Shown here in pieces: positions 39,330-54,355 of a DNA stretch of 64,000 nucleotides. Made by a program: the position numbers and the translations under genes. Within the stretch, counting starts at the first letter, position 1. The number at the start of each line of letters is the position of its first letter. The stretch covers positions 3,100,001 to 3,164,000 of the forward strand of contig NC_043013.1 of NCBI RefSeq assembly GCF_006345805.1, given 5' to 3'. The notes beneath the pieces are model-generated. The model worked only from the letters and a program-made list of their open reading frames with translations, made no database searches and had not been told where the DNA came from. This DNA comes from Octopus sinensis. Its lineage: Eukaryota.

Positions 39330-39829
39330 TAACTTTAAAAATGTTTGATAGATTGCGGTTAATTCATTCTCTCTTACCTGTTTGTGTCAGCCTTCCAATT
39401 GCTGTGTTTTTACTGAGATCTCCCTTTTTAGTAGAAGAAATAGCTATAACCCTTTGACTGCTATTTCTAAATTCGGTATGTGGTAAGGCAATTCGTTGCT
39501 GAACCCTTATTGCTTAGTATTACTTAAATTTTCCTCAAATGAGGCTTTTACATGCCGAAGACTACTTGGTGTAATTGATAATTATTCCAAATTAATTAAT
39601 TTCACCCTTCATATTACGGAAGGATAACCATATTTTATCTCAGTTAGATGACTACAGCATCTTGTTTTGGCTACACGCGGGTGGGAAGGGGCTGTTGACA
39701 CAATCGTTTCATTCACAAATTTGAATTCGGTGATACTAGTTGAGGATTCCAGCTCGCTCTGATACTGAGTTGAGTTGGTACCTCCTAGTATCTCAAAATT
39801 CAATATATAATCATTTATGATTATGGTAT

Positions 39830-39936
39830 TCCACGCTGAAGAGAAAAGAAGTTTCGGTAAGATAGAATTATTTAATATTTAATATTTTAATTCTTATGCT
39901 TTCCTAAAACTTGATTTCGAAACGTACGTCCGTGGA
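39830..39936 (+). ncRNA. Hammerhead array copy 5
   Basis: Intact core as in copy 1. Confidence 0.9.
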
Positions 39937-40215
39937 TAACTTTAAAAATGTTTGATAGATTGCGGTTAATTCATTCTCTCTTACCTGTTTGTGTCAGCCT
40001 TCCAATTGCTGTTTTTACTGAGATCTCCCTTTTTAGTAGAAGAAATAGCTATAACCCTTTGACTGCTATTTCTAAATTCGGTATGTGGTAAGGCAATTCG
40101 TTGCTGAACCCTTATTGCTTAGTATTACTTAAATTTTCCTCAAATGAGGCTTTTACATGCCGAAGACTACTTGGTGTAATTGATAATTATTCCAAATTAA
40201 TTAATTTCACCCTTC

Positions 40216-40261
<46 letters not shown>

Positions 40262-41382
40262 ATATTCTTTTATTCGTTTATTCTTTTACTTGATTCAGTC
40301 ATTCGACTGTGACTCTACCGGAGCACCGCCTTAGCCGGAAGTCGCTAGCCAATAGCAAAGGGAGATAATCACCAATTGTTACCTTTGAGTAGTGAGATAT
40401 TTGCCCCCTCCATATTTTGAAGAGGTCATGGGTCGACAGGTAATCTCATAAATCGGGCTTCCCCATTTTTAATATATATATATACACACGCACGCGCATA
40501 TGCACTCGCACACCTATGCACGTGCACACATGCACACGTTTTTCAATGTGTACATAAATATTGAAACATATTTCCATACACATTATACTATGAACGTGCA
40601 AACGCACACACGTGTACCACTACTGATACACATGCACCTCACAGACATCCAAACACACACACACACACATATATAGCCAAACACAAATGCTTGAGAGAAA
40701 GAGAGAGGCAGCAGAGAGTGAGGTAGGGAGAGAGAGAGAAATGTTCACATTCTACATAAAATAGAGTTCTGGGAAAATGAAAACAGCGATGGTTGATGAA
40801 ATTGATGAATTTACAACAGAAAAACACCTGCACAATTATTTATCTTATCTAACATCAACACTACCAACAGCACCGGCAGCACAACACCTAGAGTATATCT
40901 AGTTTAGCAGAATGATGTTCGCATACCGTTGTGATGCTGGTGTGTGTCATATTTGACAATTGACAGTAACTAATGTTTATGCATGTACTGCATTTCAATG
41001 TGATTATAGATGCTAAGATATCTACGTATACACATAAAAAGCCTTGTATCTTTTCGGCGAACAACGAAGTAATATGGACGTAAATAAACCAACACCGATT
41101 GAAGGCAAACACAAGAGACTTGCCACTGGTATCACACAGTGCGACTGATCCCCGAACCACATAACAGGGAAGCAAGCTTGATAATCACACAGCCACGCCT
41201 ACGCCTGACAAACGAAAAAAAGGGGTTAGTTAACGTATTTAGCAGGATTTTCGTATATCATTAAAACAAAAATAGTTCATTTCGGCACCACGCAACTGAC
41301 ATTATAAGAATGACAGATGAAAGCCAATTATTATAATATAGGCAAATATTCTCACTAGTTGTTGAAAAACCCTGTATGTATG

Positions 41383-42673
41383 TATATATAGATAAGAGAG
41401 AGAAAGATTCTGTCCGTTTGTTTGTCCACCAAAATGAAACTAAATGGTTCAAGGGAAGCTATTATGCTTTTCCTATATATATATAAAATCGAAATTCTGT
41501 CTCTTTCTCCGGCAAAATGAAAGTACCTGATTCGAGGGAAGCTATTACGCTGTTGCATAATTTGTCTCAGCCAAAATTATGCAAGATTAATTGTGCACAA
41601 ACTTATGACAAACTGCATTGAGGTAAATATTCTCACTTGTTGTGGTAAAGGTGACACAATCTTCATTTCTCATATACCAGTTATACCAGTAATGTCCCAT
41701 TCCAATTTAAGCGGTTACAGTTTCCTATCCGAGTTTCTTTTGAGATGAGCATTAATAAAAGTCAGGGCCAAACACTAACAGTTGCTGGATTACAACTTCA
41801 ACAACCATGCTTTTCACATGGCCAACTTTATGTAGGAGCAACACGAGTGGGAGCAAAAAGTAAATCTTTTTGCTTATGCACCCCGAAATAAAACCCAAAA
41901 AAATCATTGTTTATAAAGTAATATTCACTCTTAATGAAACAAGAATATTTCAATAGCTTACTTTACCATTACTATCATTACATTCAAGAATGAGTAAATT
42001 ACCTATTTAAGTGAACTGTATTATAACTGACGCCATGATAGATCGTTAGCCACTACACACATTTCTTTTCTCTCCTTGTTTCTCTCCTTGTTTCTCTCCT
42101 TGTTTCTCTCCTTGTTTCTCTCCTTGTTTTTTCTGTGTCCCTTTCTGTAGAAGAGCGTAGGCTCGAAACGTAAAAGACTTTTTCTATTCCTGAGCATTAT
42201 ACTAATACATCTGTTTGTTTTGTACACCACCTGTCTTCATCTTTTGTTGTTTTTTTTTTCGTAAACTCTCTCTGTATTATATAATTGCCATTACTCTATT
42301 GATAAATATAATAACACGTACAACTCACGTATAATTATCTTATAATAAACAAACTGAAATTCATGTATGAATTTGCTCTTCTTCCTGCCTCAATTATCAC
42401 ATGCTTTTTTTCTCTTATAACAATATTGTAGAGTTGACGTTACTGTATTAATAAATAAAATATCACATACAACTCACTTATTATTGTCATATAATAAACA
42501 AAAACAAGTTCATGTATGAAATTGATCTTTTTTCTACTTCAATTATTACATATTTTTCTCTTATAAAAATCCACACACAGGAGGAGTAAATTATACATAT
42601 AATGATACTTTGAATGTGGTTCCCGAGAAACAGTAAAAGAAATTACCCGATCAACGACCGGCATTACTGCTAG
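41383..42673 (+). mobile_element. Internally deleted Helitron retaining the PIF1-helicase C-terminus
   Basis: ~41590-41930: FKRLQFPIRVSFEMSINKSQGQTL..FSHGQLYVGATRVG. The 3' hairpin ccgatcaacgaccgg is followed by CTAG|T at 42670-42673. Confidence 0.88.
42020..42275 (+). mobile_element. PLE-terminal-repeat-like insert with a minimal HHR-like motif, nested in the Helitron
   Basis: ctgtagaa-gagc-gtag-gctc-gaaacgta-aaagac; internal 12-bp tandem ttctctccttgt. Confidence 0.65.
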
Positions 42674-42684
42674 TATATATACAT

Positions 42685-42860
42685 ACGAGGGGTTTGTTTT
42701 AGTTTCCGGCTACCATATCCACTCATAAGTGGATATCCACCATATCGCGACCCGCTGCTATAATAGAAGACACTATCCCAAGGTGTCACACGGTGGGACT
42801 GAGCTCGGAACCTTGTTGTTGGGAAGCAAACTTCTTACCACACAGCCACTCCTGCACCTA
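42685..42860 (-). mobile_element. SINE family A, diverged 5' half
   Basis: agacactatcccaaggtgtcacacggtgggactga..cttaccacacagccactcctgc. Confidence 0.85.
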
Positions 42861-43742
42861 TATGTAGAGATATGTTATACATATACGTGTAAATTCATGC
42901 ATATATATGTGCGTATATGCACACATACATATGTGTATACCGTTACACACAGACACACATATATATACACGCGCATGCGTGCATGCACACACGCTCACAC
43001 ACAAACACACACAATATATGTATATATACGCAATGACATACACTCATATATGCACCTTCATACATATGATACTTATTCAAGTAAAACGGAAATCTACGAA
43101 CAGAACCATTAATACACAAAATCACACATATAAACAGAGACACGCTTAAACTTAAACACCCACAAAAGGCCCTCCGACACATACATAGAAACATACAAAC
43201 GCACACAGAATTACACAAGCAGAAGCATACAAACGTAGGTACATAAACGCTCACATGTACACTTACAAACGCACACACTGCACAAACATACACATACACA
43301 CTGCAGAGGAAATCCACTGAAGTGTGAAGGAAACGCTTATGACGTGTGCCAAAGGTATTGGCAATGTCTGTCTCTGATTGGTTGATCTGATGACAGTTGT
43401 GCAGTTGGACAGGCCACCAGAGGAGCAGATGTCACATAAAGAGCAACGGGACACACACACACACATCTACTTGTATACGTATATACATACTCACATACAA
43501 ACACGCATTCACATGCGTTCAAGCGTGACAGAAACACGCGCGCAACACTTGCACACACCCATACATATTGGCATGCTATAATACATATTTTGATATACAT
43601 ACACACACACACACACACACATAAACACACACGCACTCACACACACACACACATATTAGTATTCTAACACAAAAATAAACATATATATGCATGCATAATT
43701 TGTCCCCATATCAGTATCTCATTCTTTCTTTCTTTCTCTCTC

Positions 43743-43814
<72 letters not shown>

Positions 43815-44025
43815 TCATCCCTTTTACTCCCCACACCACATCCCATACACGTGTGACTCAGCGAAGCGAAGCAAAAACTCTAGACTTGCCGCTTCAATAG
43901 TCACTGGTCGTTCGTCACTCTACATAACGACTAAGTTTTTCTGGGATTTCGAGGTCACAGCGTTCACAAGCGTGCACCGCCACACACTGCTATCCATCGC
44001 CGCCTTATAAGACCTGTATACTACC

Positions 44026-44077
<52 letters not shown>

Positions 44078-44575
44078 AATAACGTCTTCGCCACCATTTA
44101 TACTAGCGCCACCAGCATCACACCAACCATGCATCGTTTTATATCACTACGCACCATGCTACATTGTGTATACCACACACACTCACTCTCTCTCACTCTT
44201 TCACTCTCTCTCCCTCTTTCACTCTCTCCCTCTCACTCTCTCTCCCTCTCTTACATACACACGCGCGCACGTATCTTCAATCTCTTTCTCTTCTTTCCTC
44301 TCTTTTACAATATATTCTTTTATTCTTTTATTCTTTTATTTGTTTCAGTCATTTGACTGCAGCCATGCTGCAGCACCGCCTTTAGTTGAGCAAATCGACA
44401 CCAGGACTTATTCTTTGTAAGCATAGTACTTATTCTATCGGTATCTTTTGCCGAACCGCTAGATTACGGGGACTTAAACACACCACCATCAGTTGTTAAG
44501 CGATGTTGGTGGGACAAACACAGATGCACAACATATAAATCATATAAGCACACAATATATACATACATACATACA

Positions 44576-44616
<41 letters not shown>

Positions 44617-44651
44617 TAAACATAGTAAATATATATATATATATATATATA

Positions 44652-45282
44652 TAAACATAGTAAATAAATTATTATTACCGGTGACCTAGCACAAAAGACA
44701 AATTAGTCATTAGGCTATATGTTATTCCTATATATGTACATTAAAAGGCCTCTAAAAGAAGAAGCAAGTACTAGATACACAAAAAGGGGATAAATTCATG
44801 AAATGGAAAGAAAATCAAAAATCAAAAAAGAGGCCTTTTAATGTACTTATATAGGAATAACATATAGTCTAATGACTAATTTGTCTTTTGTGCTAGGTCA
44901 CTGGTAATAATAATTTATTTTATTACCCTATTTACTATGTTTACATATTGTTCGATAAATTTGCTCGTAGACCTTCTACCGGCATCCTCTCTGTTCGCCG
45001 GGTATGTTTTGCGTCTGCGCACTGGTCTGAAAAGTCAGAGAATGCAGGTCGTTAGATTTGCACGTGCTTCTAACGATATGTACTTCTAGGATTACGAAGG
45101 CTGCTTGCTGATGAGTCTAGCCTTGGCAGATAAATTATATTCATTTGCTAAAAAAAAAGACGAAACTGCAGTACAAGATGAGCTGAGTTGGTAAACGTTT
45201 TTGATTTTCTTTCCATTTCATGAATTTATCCCCTTTTTGTGTATCTAGTACTTGCTTCTTCTTTAGAGGCCTTTTAATGTAC
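44652..45282 (+). mobile_element. 436-bp HHR-containing unit with terminal direct repeat and upstream inverted partial copy
   Basis: agaggccttttaatgtac at 44829 and 45265; 44652-44828 is the reverse complement of unit end joined to unit start. Confidence 0.88.
45104..45177 (+). ncRNA. Type I hammerhead ribozyme with extended stem II
   Basis: cttg-CTGATGA-gtct..tggcagata/tcatttgcta..agac-GAAA-c-tgca-g-TA/caag. Confidence 0.9.
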
Positions 45283-45658
45283 TAATATATATATAATATA
45301 ATATTATATATATATATACATATACAGTTTCCTTCTACCAAATCCACTCACAAGGCTTTGGTTGGCTCGAAGCTATAACAGAAGACATTTGCCCAAGGTG
45401 TCACGCAGTGGGACTGAACCCGGAACCATGTGGTTGGTGACGATACCGGTATGAATTTGAATATCTTTAACAATTCAAAATAATGACTTATTACTTTTAT
45501 TCCTACCTCACTTCATCTAATTGTATATATATATATATATCGTTACTTTTCATTAAAATGCCTTTATTTTTTATATATCCAAGTGCATTTCGCTTTTTTC
45601 TTTTTACATTCCCGATATCTATACCAAATGTAGACTCTTTTCTCTTTGAAACCTATTT

Positions 45659-45712
<54 letters not shown>

Positions 45713-45984
45713 TTTACAACGACCTCGAACCCACGAGTAAAGAGTACACAAGAGAGATAGAGAGAGGCAGAAACAAGGAAAATGCCACTTGTATTTGAAC
45801 ACTATACAAATATTCTTTTAAAAAAAATTTTCTTTTAATTTTTCTAAATTCTGTAACAATTAAACAATTTAATTGTTTAATTGTTACAGTTGAAAAAGTG
45901 TCAATGACTGAAACCGGTACTGAAATGTTTTTTATGAAATTATTTTAGCATTTTCTATCTTGACGTTTTTTCCATATATATAAA

Positions 45985-46850
45985 AACAAAACATAGTATA
46001 AGACTTCTGATGATTTATTTTTCAACATAATCCCTCTTGATGGCTGAACACTTTCTCCAGCAGTGCTGAAGCACCATTATCCCGGCGTAGATTAACTCTT
46101 TTGTTTGAGTCTCCAAGACATCATTGTCACTGGCAAAATGGCGAATAGATGAAAGTCAGAGGAGACTAAATCTGGTGAATAAGGCGGATGGGGAACAAGT
46201 TCGTATCCACACTCACGAATTGTTGCCATGACAACCACTGAGGTGTGGGCTGGAGCATTGTAGTGATGAAAAAGGACTCCCTTGGTGAGCATTCCCGGCC
46301 TTTTTTCTTTGATTGCTTCTCGGAGGCGTTTTAGCAGCTGAGAATAATACAGTCCTGTCACGGTGTGACCATTTTCAAAGTAATCGATCAGCAAGACACC
46401 TTGAGAATCCAAAAAAAAAACTGATGCCATGACCTTGCCAGCTGAAGGAATGACCCTGGCCTTCTTTGGGGTAGGAGAAGATGAGTGCCTCCACTGCTTT
46501 GATTGTTCTTTGGTTTCAGGTTGGTAGTGATGAACGCAACTTTCGTCCATAGTAATGAAACGAGCAAGAAAATTCTCTTCATCGGCTTCATCTGTTCAGG
46601 AGTCAAAAGGTGAGGGACTCACCTTGTAGAGACCTTTGAAAACCCAAATTCTTTTGTCACAGTGTTGTCTGCTATTTCAGTTGAGATGCCCAGTCTCTCG
46701 GTTATCTGACGACATGATATTTAAAGACCTTGCATTATCATACCAAGAGAAAGGTCAATGTTGTCCTTGGTGGTTGCAGTTGGAGGTCTCCCTGGTCTGT
46801 AATCATCTTCCACACTCTTATATGTTCTCTTATATGTAAGTACACATTTA
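45985..46850 (-). mobile_element. Mariner (DD34D, irritans-like) transposase pseudogene
   Basis: MDESCVHHYQPETKEQSKQW, SAGKVMASVF, HHYNAPAHTS, HPPYSPDL..SDFHLF. Confidence 0.9.
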
Positions 46851-47410
46851 TATGTAAGAAGATTTTCCTTCCCTCCCGCAGCCTTTGGATCCTTCGGCGG
46901 GCAACCATTGTTGCCCACCTTTCTTTTTTCCCTTTTTTCGAGGAGGTCCCCACCTCTTCGACTACCTCCATCTCTCCCTCCAATGGGGGAGCGGGGGGTG
47001 CTACTTTTAATAACTGATTTAGGACCTTACCTTGGTCCTGGGGACAGTTCTTTTTAATGTGGCCTGGTTCCAGGCACAGGTACCTGCACCCGGCCATTTA
47101 AAAAAAATCTGGAAAAATCAGATTCTTGGCTGATTGGGTTCACAGTGTCAAAACAGCTTTTGACCCAACTCAATCAGCCGCAGGCAAAATTTTCACATTG
47201 AGGAGCTTAGCTCCGCTGCCATCCAAACCCCGGCGGATAGTTTCCTCTATCCACTCGGGTTCTATCCCGGGTGACAACCCGCAGGCCCAAGCTCTTGTCA
47301 ACTTCTTCCCACAATACGTGGGAAGGAGCAAAATCTCTTTGCCCTCCAAGGGCTGGCTCGCAATTTAGCAAGCCTCCTCATGGGTGTCAAATAGCAACCA
47401 TAGTTTGACA
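46850..47410 (-). mobile_element. L1/Tx1-like ORF1 remnant, second copy
   Basis: CRYLCLEPGHIKKNCP knuckle; EVVEEVGTSSKKGK shared with 6179-7065. Confidence 0.75.
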
Positions 47411-47501
47411 GAAATATCTATTCTAAGTTGTGTAATTAAACATTTTGCGTAATATATCTGTTAAATATATATATATATTATATATATATAATATACATAT
47501 A

Positions 47502-47537
<36 letters not shown>

Positions 47538-47542
47538 TATAT

Positions 47543-47579
<37 letters not shown>

Positions 47580-48218
47580 ACACACACACACACACATATA
47601 TATATATAATAGTGTAATAATAAATAAATATATTGCATCATACAAAACATATATGTACGTACCTACATCTACATGTATATATACATGCATATATAAATAT
47701 ATATACGTGTGTACAGGACACCACAAATAGACGTAGAACTCAACCAGAAACGAAAAAGTAAAAACAGCATGGAACGGACTATTTTTTTAACAACGAAAAA
47801 ACAGAGTACAAGACAACTACACAAGGAAAACTCCCCTTCATCATCTGTCCCTAGTTCAACTCCAGCGTGTTTCGAATGTGAGGACAGAACACGTCTTGTC
47901 GAAATAATCCTTCCTACGAAAGAATTAAATAAAATTCCTTTGCAGAGGAGTAAAAACAAGGGAAAAAATGTGACAAAAACAGGACGTAAAAACAATACAA
48001 TTAAAAACAAATACAAAATAAAAATACAATTACAAAATGAATGTAGTCCATATATATATATATATATATATATTCTGCTGTGTCTGGGAAGAGTCATTTT
48101 TGTGCCTTATAATTTAACACACTCACCGTTAAAATTTCCACTTATTTCTTATTTTTATTTTCCTGAAATTTTCGTTGCGTCTTGCAACCTTTTCAATAGT
48201 CTTGACTATATATATAGT

Positions 48219-48259
<41 letters not shown>

Positions 48260-48261
48260 GC

Positions 48262-48296
<35 letters not shown>

Positions 48297-49422
48297 TAGG
48301 CAGAGACAGAAAGAGAAATACACGCATAAACCTACAAATGTGTTGACAGACAGACAGACAGGCATAGAGATAGTCACAAACAGACACAAGACAGACACCA
48401 GACAAACAGACAGACTACACCACGTTCACAAAAATATAAGGAAACGCTGGAAACCTTATCATTCCTGTGTTCCTTTATCTCTGGTATTATCAAAACTGCT
48501 ACACCCAAACTTAACACCAACTCTACTCACCCCTTAACTCACAACACCTACCACCATAGCACCAGCCAAAACATCCCACCCCACCCCCAACGCCACCACT
48601 GCTCCGCTCGAAGGCGTGGTAAAAGCGCATTTTTTTCCATTTCGTTTCTGACGATAACTTCCACCGCCATCGGTCAGTGACTAGGTGTCATTGAGTGCGT
48701 TTTTCTTCTTCGGTGTGAAATTTGTGTAAGGGTTACGTGTGTGTGAGTGCGTGTGTGTGAGTGCGTACGTGTGTGTGTGAGTGTGTGTGTGTGAGTGCGT
48801 GTATGTGTGAGTGCGTACGTGTGTGAGTGCGTGTGTGTGTGTGAGTGCGTACATGTGCGCCTGTGTGTGTGTGTGTGTGTGTGAAGAACTATGGTGAGAG
48901 AGAGATGGGCTGTTGTGGTGGTGGTGTGAGCTGCCATATGACGTGGGCATGTGTCACTATGTTTTTTGCGTACTTGTACGTAGGTGTATGTATGTATGTA
49001 TGTATGTATGTACGTATGTGTGTGTGTATGTATGTATGTATTTATTGATGTATGTATCTGTTTGTACACACAATTCGATTTATCTACATGCATACATGTA
49101 CGCCCGTTCACACACATACATACGCGGACAGATACATGCACACGCACAGACACTTATATGTATATATCTATGTATGTAAGTATGTATGCGTGTGTGTGTG
49201 TATGTGTTTCTGTGTGTGTATATATTTACTTCCACACAAACTTAGTTGTCGTCTCTCTAGCTAACATCTCACTCATTACACAAGTTCGTTAGTTAACAAA
49301 ATATCTAATTATTGTCTCTTTGTGCCTTTCTGTCTGTTTATCTTGTTATCAGATTGAATCTCTCTCTCCCACCTCTCTCCCCCTCTCTCTCTCTCCCTCT
49401 GTCTATCTGTCTACCTATCTAT

Positions 49423-49466
<44 letters not shown>

Positions 49467-49596
49467 ATCTCTCTGTCTGCCTCTATATCTATGAGACATA
49501 TTTGTCTGTAACCCTATCTATGTTTCTACCTGTCTGACTATCTATCCACACACACACACACACATCTCTCTCTCTTTCTATCTCTATCTCCCTCTG

Positions 49597-49671
<75 letters not shown>

Positions 49672-49672
49672 A

Positions 49673-49703
<31 letters not shown>

Positions 49704-49729
49704 ATATTATATATACATACACATCGAGA

Positions 49730-49767
<38 letters not shown>

Positions 49768-49911
49768 TACAGATGTTCCGCTATGTTAAGCATGGTATAT
49801 TATATTGGCTCGTGCTTTTGTACATTGGTATGTTTCGTGTATTTCTAGACATGTAAATAAATTAAATTGGGATGTGTACACACACACACACATACATCCA
49901 CAGACACAGAC

Positions 49912-52094
<2,183 letters not shown>

Positions 52095-52429
52095 TTCGGT
52101 GTGTTGAGAAGTGTGTTTAGGAGTACACTTGCATCATTACATTTGTACTTATGTTTTTGTATGAGTAAACGTTGTAAGCAGAATATGAAATGCGTGTATG
52201 TCTTTATCTGGACGTAACTTAATGCTGTGTATGTTTTTATAGTATATATTCATGTCCGCTTTATATCGTCTCTAAATGAAATGTGTATATATACGAAGTG
52301 TTGCCATTAGGTGCTTTTATTGTTGTTGGGCTAAGTCAATGGATAATTGTATCGTAAAGAAATACATTCATATGAATTACATTCGTCTACTACGTTATAA
52401 GTGATTACTTTATATTGTATAATAACTTG

Positions 52430-52650
52430 TAATGTTGGCACAAGGCCAACGATTTTAGCAGGAGTGGCTAGTCGACCACATCGGCTTCAGTTTTCGACTG
52501 GGACTTATTTTATGGACGCCGAAAGGATGAAAGGCAAAGTTGACCTCAGCAGAATTTGTACTCACAACGTAAAGAACCGCAAAAAAAAAAAAAAAAAATG
52601 TTGCTAAGCATTTTGTTCGACGCGCTAACGACTCTGCCAGCTCGCCGCTT
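52430..52650 (-). mobile_element. SINE family B
   Basis: gaaaggatgaaaggcaaagttgacctc..ctctgccagctcgccgc. Confidence 0.8.
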
Positions 52651-52663
52651 CTTCGTATTACAC

Positions 52664-52891
52664 TTTACTCTCTTTTACTCTTTTACTTGTTTCAGACATT
52701 TGACCGCGGGCCATGCTGGAGCACCGCCTTTAGTCGAGCAACTCGACCCCGGGACTTATTCTTTTGTAAGCCCAGTACTTATTCTATCGGTCTCTTTTGC
52801 CGAACCGCTAAGTTACGGGGGACGTAAACACACCAGCATCGGTTGTCAAGCAATGGTTGGGGACAAACACAGACACACAAACACACACACA

Positions 52892-52929
<38 letters not shown>

Positions 52930-53088
52930 TACGACGGGCTTCTTTCAGTTTCCGTCTACGAAATCCACTCACAAGGCTTTGGTCGGCCCGAGGCTATAGT
53001 AGAAGACACTTGCCCAAGGTGCCACGCAGTGGGACTGAACCCGGAACCATGTGGTTGGTAAACAAGCTACTTACCACACAGCCACTCC
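52664..53088 (-). mobile_element. SINE family A, full length
   Basis: Reverse complement of 10138-10579. Confidence 0.93.
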
Positions 53089-53099
53089 ATCCTTTCTAC

Positions 53100-53500
53100 T
53101 CTAGGAACAAGGCCCGAAATTGAGGGATTTGAGCAGTCGATTACATCAACATGTGTCCTCTTTTATCGATCCCGAGAGGATGAAAGTGGATAGTTGACCT
53201 CAGCGGAATTTGTATTTAGAACGTAAAAATAGAAGAAATGCCGATAAGTATTTTGTCCGGCGTGCTAACGATTCTGTGAGTTCGAAGTGTATTGTATTAT
53301 ATAAATTAGCTTATACGGCGGCGAATTGGCGAAACTTTCGCACGAAGGGCAAAATGCTTAGCGGCATTTCGTCTGCCGTTACGTTCTGAGTTCAAATTCC
53401 GCCGAGGTCGACTTTGCCTTTCATCCTTTCGGTTCAATATGATCGACTTAACCCACCCCCGAAATTGCTAGCCGTGGGCCAAAATTTGAAGTCAATATAA
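53100..53500. mobile_element. Two SINE family B copies (minus 53100-53280; plus 53316-53500)
   Basis: Family B core on both strands. Confidence 0.8.
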
Positions 53501-53802
53501 AGTAGCGAATGTAAGCTTTACGAAAAGAGGAAGTGTGTGTTGGCTGCGACTCTGTTTCCATATGTATGGTATGTCTGCTTAGCAGAAAGATTATGCCATG
53601 GCTTGTGCTCAGAAAGTGAGTGGGAGAGGAGTATTACTGTATCAGATGTAGGTTCCATGTATTCATTTATGTATCACCCCAAATCAGTCTTATTTGAGTT
53701 GATTAATGGTCAAAAACTTTCGTTTCCTTTCGTTCCGTTTTGTTCAGAGTATGTAGGATTACGTGCTCAAACAGATCCTTTCGTTTCTCAAGACAGTAGG
53801 GT

Positions 53803-54355
53803 ATCGCGTGGCTTAGTGGTTAGGGTGTCAGCACCATGATCGTAAGATTGTGGTTTCGATTCCTGGACCGGGCGACGCGTTGTGTTCTTGAGCAAAACAC
53901 TTCATTCCACATTGCTCCAGTCCACTCAGCTGGCAAAAATGAGTAACGCTGCGATGAACTGGTGTCGCGTCCAGCTAGGGAACACATACACCATGGAAAC
54001 CGGGAAACCTGGCCCATGAACCTGGCTAGGCTTTAAAAGGGTGCAAGTGGAGGCACATGGCCAAGTCGTTAGAGTAGCGGACTCGTGGTCGAGGGATAGC
54101 AGGTTCGAATCTCAGACCGGGCGATGTGTGTGTTTATGAGCGAAAACACCTAAGCTCCACGCGGCTCCGACAGAAGGTAAGGGCGAACTTCTGCTAACTC
54201 TTTCGCCACAACTTTCTCTCACTCTTTCCTCCAGCATCTTGCAGCTCGCCTGCGATGGACCGGCGTCCTGTCCAGGTGGGGAACCTATACGCCAAGAAAC
54301 CGGGAAACCGGCCCTTATGAGCCAAGCATGGCTCGAGAAAGAACAAATAACAACA
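53803..54355 (+). mobile_element. Two adjacent tRNA-derived SINEs (family C and a relative)
   Basis: A box tggcttagtggttagg and B box gtttcgattcc; second head with ggttcgaatctc; shared gaaaccgggaaacc tail. Confidence 0.85.

Larger units (their letters stand above)
36875..40219 (+). repeat. Tandem array of ~600-bp HHR-containing units (~5.6 copies), inserted in (TA)n
   Basis: Predicted GTC cleavage sites at 36928, 37525, 38124, 38724, 39323 and 39930 (periods 597-607 bp); (TA)n on both sides. Confidence 0.97.
44322..45440 (-). mobile_element. SINE family A split by an insertion in its internal (TA)n
   Basis: The 3' half (44322-44530) and 5' half (45325-45440) flank the 44652-45282 element. 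Confidence 0.88.

Noticed and set aside
36875-40219. CRISPR-like array or coding repeat
   Set aside because: Whole units are duplicated with no unique spacers, and only short ORFs that vary between copies are present.
43410-43430. CTCF-like motif ggccaccagaggagcag
   Set aside because: Spacing is one base off the consensus; single weak match.
45860-45930. Degenerate HHR-like motif (ttgaaaa..gaaaccggta-ctg), and a similar one at 48160-48210 on the minus strand
   Set aside because: The core is too mutated to call, though it is probably PLE-derived.
47820-47910. Possible type II HHR on the minus strand (gaaac...atgatgaagggg)
   Set aside because: The core reads AUGAUGA and stems I and III cannot be formed convincingly.
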